Assembly: GCA_965235115.1 (NCBI GenBank)
Contig: OZ249436.1
Span: 17,176,001-17,240,000, forward strand
Direction: 5' to 3'
From: Laetmonice hystrix
Lineage: Eukaryota
DNA: 64,000 bases
Shown here piece after piece: positions 37,201 through 46,369 of the stretch; position 1 is the stretch's first letter, and each line of letters opens with the position of its first letter. Position numbers and translations under genes: made by a program. Under the pieces are notes generated by a model. That model was given only the letters and a program-made list of their open reading frames with translations, was not told the origin of the DNA and did not search any database.

Positions 37201-40200
37201 CCCCAGCCCCCGGGAATTAGGCTGTACACCACTAACATTCTCCTTGAGATCTACTGCCACTGGTACGCTTGTATATAGGGTATTCAATGTAATGTAATCT
37301 AAACAATAAAAGTAAGAAAACTTCATTTTAAACAAGCACAACCGCAGCAGATACGGTAGCCATGAATTGTCCGTCTCCTTGAGGGTATAACACGATTAGC
37401 TATCTATGTGTAAATTACCAGAAATTACTCCTGACATTTATACATACCCAAAAGATAAACTTGGCTTTTTTCGGTTTTACATGTAGTTTTGATGGGATTC
37501 CGCCCAGATGTGCTTTCAGCACAGTCAGATGTGCAGTTGTTGACTGAAACTCATGAATAACGCACTGGTTCATGTTCAGAGAGTGCCACCAGATATTTTT
37601 CTCGGCATGAATTTTTGGGCATGAGGCCAAAGACTTTTTTTTATTCCTATAGCCTTCATGAATAGTGTATGGATCGAGAGTTGGAGCGGTGCCGTCAGTG
37701 CCGACAACTTGAAGCCGGGCGCACCGCCAGTCGCCGTTCGCCACTCGCCAGGCTACCCGCTCGGCAACCCGCCCCGCTATACCCGACCGGCGACCCGTCC
37801 GGCTACCCGCCCCGCTACTCGCCCTGCTACTCGCCCCGCTTCTCGCCCTACTAATCGCCCTGCTAATCGCCCCGCTACCTGCCCCGCTCCCCGCCACTCG
37901 CCCTGCTACCCGCCCCGCTACCCACCCTGGACCCAGCTACTCGCTACCCGCCCGCTACCCGCCCTACTACCCACCCCACTACTCGTCCAGCTACCCGCCC
38001 CGCTACTCACCCTGATACCCGCCCCGCTACTCGCCCCGCTATACTCACTACTCGCCCCGCTACCCGCTCTGCCACTCGCCACGCTACCCGGTAAGGGTTA
38101 TGTAGGATAGTGTATAGGGCGAGTGGAGAGTGGGGCAAGTAGCAGGGCAGGTAGCGGGACGAGTAGCAGGGCGGGAAGCTGGGCACTTGGCGAATGGCGA
38201 CCGGCGAGGCGCCCGGTGAATGGCCAGCGATTTAATTCACCTTATGGGACCAAACTATGAAGACCATAAGGTGACATCACCCGCCACTCGCCCCGCTACT
38301 CGCCACTCGCCCCGCTACTCGCCCCGCCACTCGCCCCGCTACTCGCCACTCGCCCCGCTACTCGCCCTGCCACTCGCCACTCGCCCCGCTACACGCCCCG
38401 CTACCCGCCGGTTAGGGTTAAGGTTAGGGTTAGGGTTAGCGTTAGCAGGGCGAGTGGCGGGGCGAGTGGCGGGGCGAGTGGCGAGTAGCGGGGCGAGTAG
38501 CGGGCCAAGTGGCGAGTAGCGGGGCGAGTGGCGAGTGGTGGGGCGAGTAGCGGGGCGAGTGGCGGCGCGAGTGGCGGGTATGTCACCTTATGGTCTTCAT
38601 ACCAAACGGGCTACCAAACAACCCGTCCCCGCTGAGGATGGACCAACTTGATCCCCCGGCCAACTCTCCCCAGCCCGTGACGGGCCGTATCGTACAGTGA
38701 CCGGACAGCGACAAACTCCCACGGTGAACACACAAGAGACATTTCTTACCGGGACCTGATTCTGGCGGTCAGGCCATCACAGGGCCGCAGCTTGCCCAAA
38801 AATCCCAGGGGGAGGGGCAGTGTCCCCTGAACATTAACCAGACAGGCCTAGCGCGTGATTGCGCCGGTCGAGCTGGGGTTTGGGTTACAACAAATGGAAA
38901 TCCGAGGGGGGCAGTCGCCCCCTTGCCCCCCCCCCCCCCACACACACCAAGGCTACGGCCCTGACACTAGGAATGTGTCAGGACGACATGTGATAATTTG
39001 ACAGCAGGAAATTGTACATTTGTGTTCTCACTCTCAGAACAGTAGGAAAATGAACTTTTCTTTCAATTTTTTCTGGGTGGGGGAGTATGTACACCCGACC
39101 CAGCATTATAACTTTGCAGCTCCGGTGGTTGCAGGCATTTCGCGAGGGACATTGTCGGGTATTTTCGCGAGAAAGCCTACGGGGAAGACTGTTTAGATAG
39201 TGTTAGTGGCAAGTCTATGACGCCGATGCCAGGTCCTATTAATATTCATGAGGTTGATCTCACGGTCAACCTCCCACAGTTTAGCCTGGGCCAAGCTCAA
39301 GGGGTAGAATGCAGGATGCGCGATGACCCTTGACAACTCAAGATGACTACACCACTGATGGTAAAACGTATAGACCGACCGGGACCTGCTCGACGTTTCA
39401 TGCAGGCAAAGCTAGGCTTTTTACGTTTCTTCACATCATGTCACGTCAGTGAGTACCCCAACAATACTCAATAGAGCGTACTTTGAACAATACACAGTGG
39501 GGCAGTGCCTCCTGAGCAAGTACCAAACCTGTGGCAATACCAGGGTGTCAATGTTGGGGATCCAGGCCCAATTATATTTTTTTTAAACCTGGAAATCCCA
39601 GGGGGCAGTTGCCCCCCCCCCCCTTGCACTTTTCAGGCTATGGCACTGATCACTGAGGAGCGGGATACCTGCCGCAGGTCCCACTTAATTATTTATCCAC
39701 TGGTATAAATTTACCTGTCCGCACGTGATTGGCATAATATTGATCAACTCGAGCTATGTGACCATGTATCCTCGTAAAAACATTCATTTGGGCTTGGGCA
39801 AATATGGACTAGAGAGACTGTACTGGGGAATCTAAGGCTGCCCAGTGGGGCAGAGACTGGGGAACCAAGGCTGGGGCAGAGACTGGGGAATAAAGGCTGA
39901 GGTACAGAGGCTGGTAAACACTGAAGTACGGAGGCCAGGGAACAGACAACTGGGACTTGAAATCTGAGGAAAACTTACATTTGTACTTAAATTAATCAAT
40001 GTATGGGTGACGGGCCACACTCATTTAAAAGACATGATCTTACCTTATTGTCAACACAGTGGGCAATCGTTGTTGCTCCTTGAATCAATTCTTCTTCGTT
40101 TAATGGACGTGTACGCAGTGCAACCTGCAAACATCAAGTGAGAATTGAAGTTTAGGTTTGATTTAGTACTGCATAGCAAGTGGATGTGGTTTGCAATTCT

Positions 40201-41775
40201 TCATGGTACTTCAAATCTGTCAAACTAAGCAAGCAAACGAATAAATTTCACACTGTCATAAAAATAATGTATAAACTTAAAGCATTTAAGGAAGAACATA
40301 AAAAATGTGATGTTAAAAAAGGGCCGGTAATACGGCCAGGCAGCTCTACTTGTGACAATAATTGTACATTTGATCATGGGGAAAATGCAGATTGGGTTGA
40401 CTTCGGGAGGAAGAGGTTATATTCAAGTTCTTGACTGCTCCCGCCCCGTTTTGGCACTGGTCTTTTCTATACAACTTTCTGAATAGACTCTGTAGTGTAC
40501 TGTAGCCTAGGGCCTACCACCCCCACCCCCAACCCCACCCTGGCTCCTACCCTGTCTGGACTCTGGATTAGATCTAACAGGAGTTTCGCTGTGAATGGGG
40601 GAATGAGCCGGTAGTCGGAACGCCACAAGTTATGTAACCTGTCGTGACCATGTTTCTCTCCCCCCCCCCCTACTCTCCGTTCCTCAACCATTTCAGCAGG
40701 CCGACTGTAGTACAGAGTTATGTAACGGTCCCCTGGCCAGGATTTAAGAGCTCTTGATACCAACTTGAGCCAGGCCCAGGTGCCCCCCCCCCCCCCCCCC
40801 GACCACCACCACCACCACCACCCTCTGACTGCGGGGACTCATAACTTTGGTAATCCTATTCACCAGTCACTGGACTTTAAGCACAAGGTCAATGGTCCCT
40901 TAATGCTAAATACACCCGACCACCTGGTCGATCAACTGAGGGAAATTAACCGTACTTTCAGGTTAGGTTTCCAAAGAACTTAGAAGTTCATGCTTCACGT
41001 GTCACGCTTCATGGTTCACTTTCTTGACAGTTTCCACCAAGTTCACGTTGACGTTTCACATATATTAAAATCAGAGAAAACATGATGATGAGGGTGAAGA
41101 CTAGAGGACACCTGAACACCTAGATCTAGGGACTATAGGCTATGATGAACCTGCACGCTGAAAAATGACTTGCAGTTCTTCTATTCACACGTAAACCCTG
41201 AAACGTGACCCGTGAACTCCCAAATGCCAGGCAGTAGGCTAATGGAGTCCTATTTCTTTCTTTCTTTTCAAATTCTTAACATTTTGAAACTTGGAATCAG
41301 TGTTTGGTATTTTTAATACAATCCTATTCCTAGCATGCTGTAGTAGTGTCAGTCATAGAGAGGTTCACCATGATGCAGGGGTAAAATTGGGGCCATCTGT
41401 GTTATTGTAGGCCTACTTGTAGAAATTGGAATGGGTCTACGTCTAGCTCCATTTGGCACAAAGAACAGGAAAGTTGGAAACTTTGTACTAAATAAACTAG
41501 ATTTATAAACAGGGTATGTTGTCCTCTTTCAAAATTCAGCAAAAAAAATGATACCTCACCGGGTTACTTTTTTTGTTAAGAGCGTTTGAAATTGATATGT
41601 TCATCATGTTAATTACTAATTACTGTTTAGAATTTTTTTTTTTTTTTTTTTTTTTTTTTACCATTTCTATTTGTCATGACGGTCTCCAAGTTATAGAAGT
41701 GGTAAAAAAAAAAAAAAAAAAAAAGTTTGATTTTGAACATTTTCACTTTTTGCTCATTTACACCAGTGAAAATGT

Positions 41776-41813
<38 letters not shown>

Positions 41814-41846
41814 TTCTATTTGTCATAACACCGTTCTGACAAAAAA

Positions 41847-41877
<31 letters not shown>

Positions 41878-42293
41878 TTGCAAACTGTATGAATTCATTA
41901 ACATGAAGAAAATACCAACTTCAAACGCTCCTAACAAAAAAACTAAGCCGGTGAGGTATCATTTTTTTGCTGAATTTTGAAAGAGTACAACATACTCTGT
42001 TTATCTGCAAAATTAAAAAAAAATCTGTCTCAAACAAATTTTTGGCCTCACACTAGCACTTGTCCTTAAAACAAGCACAGACCTGCAGTGAATAGCTAGG
42101 CGTAGTAGAGGAGTACAGAACCTAGCGTCGGCCCTAGCTAGGTTTACTCTTAACTTAAGACAAGTTAGCCTAAGTATAAAAGTTAAGTGATCTAAATAAT
42201 ATTAATTATGATTTATAAATGTTCATGCTGACTTACGATGAGATTCTGCTCCTCCCCCTTTCCGGTGCGGGTAGTTCCCCCGGAATCTGTCAT
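14794..42293 (-). CDS. KIF19: Kinesin-8 family ciliary kinesin KIF19 (whole gene, 17 coding exons, 3033 nt CDS, ~1010 aa; +9 aa if microexon 16851-16877 is used)
   Basis: Exons reconstructed with GT-AG sites and consistent phases. Motor motifs [76 protein letters not shown]19-type features [18 protein letters not shown] and [24 protein letters not shown]...[10 protein letters not shown]. Confidence 0.95.
15532..15661 (-). CDS. KIF19: KIF19 exon 16 ([14 protein letters not shown]...DTNT)
   Basis: gattccag acceptor, G|gtcagg donor, phase 0 to 1, bridging exon 15 and the last exon. Confidence 0.75.
16851..16877 (-). CDS. KIF19: Candidate KIF19 27-nt microexon (WSPVSFFRQ)
   Basis: cctttccttttctag acceptor, CAG|gtacac donor, symmetric phase 0. 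Confidence 0.45.
17161..17758 (-). CDS. KIF19: KIF19 exon 15 (tail, contains [16 protein letters not shown])
   Basis: ctactcag acceptor, GCT|gtaagt donor; in frame with ORF 17062..17694. Confidence 0.85.
17976..18124 (-). CDS. KIF19: KIF19 exon 14 ([15 protein letters not shown]...RKNE)
   Basis: tgtttaag acceptor, GA|gtaagc donor, phase 0 to 2. Confidence 0.8.
18140..18440. repeat. Minisatellite, 52-bp unit, abutting the exon 14 acceptor
   Basis: ctctgaggtctcaattacaaggtctcactactaaacggtccaatcattttaa, about 5-6 copies. Confidence 0.9.
19043..19375 (-). CDS. KIF19: KIF19 exon 13 ([15 protein letters not shown]...NPNK)
   Basis: ttgcag acceptor, AAG|gtcagc donor; conserved KIF19 coiled-coil segment. 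Confidence 0.92.
19366..19672. repeat. Minisatellite, 43-bp unit, containing the exon 13 acceptor
   Basis: About 7 copies of ggcagcagctgcaaacacacaacaataattaccaccaacggtc. Confidence 0.92.
19997..20208 (-). CDS. KIF19: KIF19 exon 12 (GKLAGAQ...[13 protein letters not shown]...KIEE)
   Basis: ctccag acceptor (alternative in-frame AG 15 nt downstream), GAG|gtcagt donor. Confidence 0.85.
20691..20872 (-). CDS. KIF19: KIF19 exon 11 ([30 protein letters not shown]...)
   Basis: tgacag acceptor, G|gtatgt donor, phase 2 to 1. Confidence 0.9.
20860..21085. repeat. Minisatellite, 51-bp unit, containing the exon 11 acceptor
   Basis: AG|AC junctions at 20872, 20923, 20974, 21025 and 21076; the reading frame is open across the array (ORF 20680..21087). 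Confidence 0.9.
21320..21640. repeat. Degenerate repeat cluster (aaccccattaaatcccagtagtt / gtccgcccgccgtt), just downstream of the exon 10 donor
   Basis: Motif recurs 5-6 times. Confidence 0.75.
21674..21770 (-). CDS. KIF19: KIF19 exon 10 ([31 protein letters not shown])
   Basis: ttgtag acceptor, AG|gtcagc donor, phase 1 to 2. Confidence 0.88.
22161..22390. mobile_element. Short CAG(G/T)GGCGGA-ended MITE (hAT-like ends)
   Basis: caggggcggatcc ... ggtccgccactg inverted ends. Similar short elements at ~21-176, ~23177-23335 and ~38779-38962. Confidence 0.6.
23531..23681 (-). CDS. KIF19: KIF19 exon 9 (neck: [30 protein letters not shown])
   Basis: ctccag acceptor, A|gtgagt donor; kinesin-8 neck. 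Confidence 0.93.
23929..24113 (-). CDS. KIF19: KIF19 exon 8 ([21 protein letters not shown]...KNIKTK)
   Basis: ttacag acceptor, AAG|gtacga donor; end of the motor domain. Confidence 0.95.
24110..24975. repeat. Minisatellite, ~44-bp unit, containing the exon 8 acceptor
   Basis: About 19-20 copies of cac(c/t)tgtaataaatacacagtcaatctcaatcacacacagtcat. Confidence 0.95.
25682..25961 (-). CDS. KIF19: KIF19 exon 7 (switch I SSRSH, switch II DLAGSE)
   Basis: tttcag acceptor, A|gtaagt donor. Confidence 0.96.
25980..26245. repeat. Minisatellite, 21-bp unit (cagtcctcaactcataccggg), abutting the exon 7 acceptor
   Basis: About 12 tandem copies. Confidence 0.92.
26930..27463. mobile_element. Kolobok-like MITE
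   Basis: TTAA|AGATAAACC(G/A)GC termini with TTAA on both sides; internal ~60-bp inverted repeat (tgtgtatagcatagtcatagtataagctt / aagcttatactatgactatgctatacaca). Confidence 0.75.
27631..27753 (-). CDS. KIF19: KIF19 exon 6 ([25 protein letters not shown]...)
   Basis: tttcag acceptor, CAC|gtgagt donor. Confidence 0.95.
27912..28048 (-). CDS. KIF19: KIF19 exon 5 ([16 protein letters not shown]...SMSYLE)
   Basis: ttccag acceptor, GAG|gtaagc donor; completes the P-loop. Confidence 0.95.
28577..28932. mobile_element. MITE with TIR gggtcacactgcccgatttttt (PIF/Harbinger-like)
   Basis: Inverted ends gggtcacactgcccgattttttt / aaaaaaatcgggcagtgtgaccc, plus internal copies of cagtgtga. Confidence 0.7.
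31965..32265. repeat. Degenerate minisatellite, ~58-bp unit (gagggctcactccaaaccgggctgactggggccag...)
   Basis: About 5-6 copies. Confidence 0.8.
32453..32540 (-). CDS. KIF19: KIF19 exon 4 ([29 protein letters not shown])
   Basis: ttgcag acceptor, G|gtaagt donor. Confidence 0.95.
32702..32852. mobile_element. Short MITE-like inverted repeat
   Basis: ccgtttcactaagc ... gcttagtgaaacgg ends. Confidence 0.6.
34510..34948. repeat. Minisatellite, 44-48-bp unit, containing the exon 3 donor
   Basis: About 10 copies of cctta(c/t)ctgggac, the real donor included. Confidence 0.93.
34940..35050 (-). CDS. KIF19: KIF19 exon 3 ([37 protein letters not shown])
   Basis: ttccag acceptor, CAG|gtaagg donor; KIF19-type loop 2. 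Confidence 0.95.
35120..35295. repeat. Minisatellite, ~27-bp unit (agcagaccgacagaaatatggccagtc)
   Basis: About 6 copies just upstream of the exon 3 acceptor. Confidence 0.8.
36799..36812. promoter_or_regulatory. RFX X-box motif GTAACCATGGCAAC in KIF19 intron 2
   Basis: Matches the X-box consensus, in a ciliary gene. Confidence 0.45.
37715..38216. mobile_element. Foldback MITE with (cccgctactcg)n arms
   Basis: ~29-bp imperfect TIR ccgggcgc..cgcc.gtcgcc.ttcgcca; the arm repeats invert around a gggtta core. Confidence 0.7.
38256..38601. mobile_element. Foldback non-autonomous DNA transposon, IS3EU-like
   Basis: Perfect 22-bp TIR TATGAAGACCATAAGGTGACAT; 6-bp TSD CCAAAC (38250-38255 and 38602-38607); central (GGGTTA)n. 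Confidence 0.85.
40044..40124 (-). CDS. KIF19: KIF19 exon 2 ([27 protein letters not shown])
   Basis: ttgcag acceptor, AAG|gtaaga donor; first strand of the motor domain. Confidence 0.93.
41506..42069. mobile_element. MITE/foldback remnant with an ~90-bp internal inverted repeat
   Basis: 41506-41600 is inverted at 41910-42003; right end ...cttgtcc|ttaa resembles a Kolobok-type terminus; left end not resolved. Confidence 0.6.
42237..42293 (-). CDS. KIF19: KIF19 exon 1 ([19 protein letters not shown])
   Basis: aaaatATG start, ATC|gtaagt donor, phase 0; resembles the KIF19 N-terminus (M-x-D-S-G...Q-x-L). Confidence 0.85.
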
Positions 42294-42435
42294 ATTTTCA
42301 GCTTTGATAAATGTTCATGTATCAGTCAGGATAGGTATATTATCCAAGGGACTTTTCGGCGCTTAATTTTCTTCCCGATTCTAATACGATATCGAGACGT
42401 TAATCCAGAGCCCAGCACGCGAAGTCTCGTGGCGC

Positions 42436-42699
42436 TGTTTACAAGTTGAAGTTCTCCTCCTATCAACCACACAGCTGACTGCCTGAACGTTCAGTCAGGC
42501 ACTCAGCTTCAACCGGGGGTTTCGGGGGTGCCCCCCTCTCCCCTGGTCGAAATTTCCAGTTTTCCTATGTGTCTTCCATTTCTTGGTATCAATGTTATAT
42601 ATTCTTGAGAAAAATAATACTTCAAAATGAAAAATAAAGGAGCCACGGGGCGCTGTTTTCCTTGCCCAGTCACATCATGCCGCCGTTGCCGATGTAAAC
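42436..42699 (-). promoter_or_regulatory. Putative KIF19 promoter with forkhead (TGTTTACA, 42436) and X-box-like (GTTGCCGATGTAAAC, 42685) motifs
   Basis: Located 140-400 bp upstream of the ATG; FOXJ1 and RFX are established motile-cilia regulators. Confidence 0.4.
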
Positions 42700-43385
42700 T
42701 ATCAGATCTGTGTCATGGGCGCAAGTAGTCCGACAGTCCAATTGTATCAATGCGCGCTTGGTCCCGCGTACACTCTGAGTCCACACAGAGCCACTCACTC
42801 TTAGTCTTAGAACTCTGCGCTGGGTGGAGGGGGAGGGGGGGGGGGGGAGGAAGGAAGAGGGGAGGGGTGGGAGCGGTGGTTTTGGGTTGCCCGGTGTGAC
42901 TGTGTCTGACTGTAGTCAAAGCTTTTAGGTCGGCACAGCCATGAATGATCTACCCGGCTTGGAGCCATCACTGACCGGGACTTGGACGCAGCAAGTTCCG
43001 TCACTGGCGTCAGCAAGCTTAGCACTACTCACTTGCAGACAACGCCAACGGTGTTCTGCCGGAATATAACTGGCATAAATCATAGACCTGAATATAATAT
43101 CCATAAAATCCAGCTCGTTTGACCGCAGTTTAAAATTTTGGACACAGAAAACGGCCCTAGTCTATAGTAGGCCTAGGCCTATAGCCTATACTGGCTGTAG
43201 GCTACTATAATTATATAGCCTGGCTAGGGCCTACTATAGTATAGCATAGGCCTAGACCTAGTCCTATAGTATAGGCTATCCTTTCTTAGCCTTAGGCTTA
43301 GGCACTACAAACAAGGATTATCTCTATAATCCTTTCTACAAAACTATTAGGCCTAATGATTAGTAATGTTCAGATTGGCGTTTTA

Positions 43386-43971
43386 AGGGAAATGTGAGTG
43401 TTCAAAGCGCCACCTAGTGAGTCGCGTTGGTATCACTGGGGAAATGTGAGTATTCAAAGCGCCACGTAGTGAGCTTTAACAGAAAAATGTTTGGCTTATT
43501 TATGCAGTCAACTACAATAGTTTGATGTGGAAATCAGTAGTATTTTTTAAAACCATGAACCAAACTGTGTGCCAGAACCTGTCTACTCCATTGAATGTTT
43601 TACCAAGGCACTGACTGTTTGGCAGGATGTAACTTTTTCTTAATTCGGTGACCCCCATTTTTTTCTTAAACTATTAGTCCTGATGCACTTTATCTTGTCA
43701 CCGAGTTTCAGGAAAAAAATTGGTGGTCATTTTTTAACTATTAGTCAAAATGTCTGAAAAATCCTGCTTTTCCCATTGAAACCTATATATAGGCCTAGTA
43801 AAGACCCATTTTTTACGGAGGCCTGTATAAAAAAAAAAAATCTAATTCGGTGACATATGATTTTTTTTGTTTCTTTGTAGATCTACTCCTAAGGACAAAG
43901 GCTATTCCCCATAAAAATATTTTGAAAATTCTAGTGGTCAATCAAATTCCGTCGAACACTCACATTTCCCT
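43386..43971. mobile_element. Kolobok-like MITE
   Basis: 18-bp TIR agggaaatgtgagtgttc / gaacactcacatttccct, flanked by TTTA/TTAA. Confidence 0.7.
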
Positions 43972-46299
43972 TTAAAGTACGATTGCTCGGCGCTCGACAT
44001 TATTATTATAGGCCTATGTCAGGGCCAGAGGCATTTGCAGCCCCAGGCAAGCGCCGCCGAAGGTGCGAACCCTTAAAGGGCCTGGGGCCTGAGGATTAGG
44101 CCTGAAAGAAAGAATAGTAGAATAGATCTACTCTACTATTCTTGATTAAAGTGCCAAATATGCAGTTTCCTGCCATCTGCTGGGAACCAAATCCAAGGTC
44201 TTATAGTTAGCTAAAAAGCATTTTTACCAAAAAAATTTAGGGCCTAGGCCTATTCTCCAAAAATAAGAGGGGTGGTGCGCCGCCCACGCCCCGCCCCCTA
44301 AATCCGCCCCTAGAGTAGGCTGGGACAAAGGCCCCCTTAAGGGTTCTTCCCCCATGATAACTTTCCACGAAATGTTTGGGCAGGGCCGGGTTAGGGTTAA
44401 GGTCAGGGATAGGCCTAGGGATAGGGATAGGGAAGGGATAGGCCTATGTTTTTGGGAGGTGTAGGGACTGGGGTTAGGGGTTAGGGATAGCTAAGGTCAG
44501 GGCCATGGATCTTTACTTTCCACCAAATTTCGTGGGGTTTAAGTTATCATGGGCGATATACCCCCTTTTTAAAAGCGTCAAAGCATTACCAGGCCGTCTC
44601 GTGTTATCAGAATGAGTAGTTCTTTTGTGTAAAGAAACATACTATACATAGCCTACAGAACCGGCTCAACCCATGCACAGCCTTATCCTTACAACATTAA
44701 AAAAATAGGCCTAGGCCTAATTATTTATAGATCTATAGGATAAAATTACAAAGGGGCGTCTTGCCTCAATATTGGGGGCAAGACGCCCCCTGGAGGCATC
44801 TTGGGACTTGGACTTGGGGCCTATATCTAAGCCATAAAAGCCTGGCAGATTCCCTCTTATAATAATTTTGTTAATTTTTCGTTTCTTTTGAATGTGGGCC
44901 TTCCAACCTGTTATGTTGAATTTTAGCCTAAGGTGCATGCCCAGACTGGGGGGAGCCCCGAAATTTTAAGGGGGCATAAATTTTTGGCGGCCGGGGGATG
45001 GTCGAACTATTTGTCCCTATTTACTGTTTAAAATGAATTACTGAATTCTGGAAATTATTTAGAAAAACAATATATAGGCATAAATAGGTCTACAGTTTTT
45101 CACTCGTTTAGGCCTAATTATAGGCCTATAGCGTGTGATGTAAAAATATTTACCTCATCCTGGGCCTGTAGGCAGGCCGGCCTATGTTACAAAATGAAAA
45201 AAGTGCAGCACCGTTAGCTTAGTGATAGCCCCCCCCCCCCGAGTGTGAACTTTATTTTTGTCTTGTTTTGTTGTTCTTCATAAAATTAATAGGGCCTATA
45301 TTGAAGCTTCCTAGACCCTTTACGAAATAGATTCGGTGTAAATTGAACGGTCTTTAGAAAGGATCGATAGCCTAGCTATTTCTCCCAAATCTTTCAACGA
45401 AATTCTATTATTTTTACGCATGAAACATGAAAATAGGCAACGGTTTGGAAAATGGGGGGGGGGGGCGGGCGGTATGCCCCCCCCCCCCCCCGAATCCGCT
45501 ACTGGGTCTTCAAAGAGATGTTCGGCTCACTCTCACGAATGTAGCCCCTATAGACATCGAATCCCCTACGTGGCGACGACGCGGACGAGAGCTTCGATAT
45601 ATCATACAGTTCTATGGATATCCTCTGACTATGGTAGCCCCCCCCCCCCCACCTCCCTGGGCAGCTTTTACTGCTTGTACTCCTACTTATCGGGAGGTGG
45701 CGCTGTCGTCTATTCGGTATGACGGCAGGTGGCGCTGCCGCTGCGGCGACTCACTTTGTAGTATACGCCGGTCTTATTGCGCACGATTACCACCAGGTCA
45801 GATTAGAATCATGCGTCATTTTACCTCAAACCTTCAGAATTCATGGCATGGTTCCTTTTAGTTTACTGCAATACCACCTTATGCTATTGGTCGGGGTCTA
45901 AGATTCCGTGAAAAACATTGATTTGTGTGTATTTAGTCCGCGGATTGATATGTTCATTTCGGTTCCGGGTATAGCCGGGTCCCCAGCTCTATATTAACTT
46001 CGTATATAGAGCCTGGCGTAGGCCAATCGAAGCGAGCATTGTGATTGGCCCATCGAAAACATGGACGCAAACGAGGTATAGTTCCGTACCCTCCGTATTT
46101 CTCCAACAAGACACAAATATTTTCATCAATCCCTTTAAAATACAAGTGTTAAATGTCCTCGCTTTTCTGGATGTAAACATAGCGTCAGCAGTCCCACCAC
46201 CTGCTACGGTCTGCATACGCAGGGGCATGTTGCTATTGTTGGCCACTCCCGGCCACGCTCCAAGCAGAAGTCAATCACTCTGTTAACGCTGACCAACGG

Positions 46300-46360
46300 A
46301 CCGGAGGCGGAAGTTATTAGCTCCGAGGCGGAAGTGCTTGGAGGTCACCACTTCCGTTTT
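46300..46360. promoter_or_regulatory. Promoter-like ETS/GABP cluster (three CGGAAGT sites)
   Basis: CGGAAGT at 46308 and 46329, and inverted at 46349-46356; CCAAT boxes near 46023 and 46044. Confidence 0.45.
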
Positions 46361-46369
46361 ACAGCTTTC

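Noticed and set aside
37415..38586. Ala/Arg/Pro-rich ORFs
   Set aside because: Products of the foldback arm repeats.
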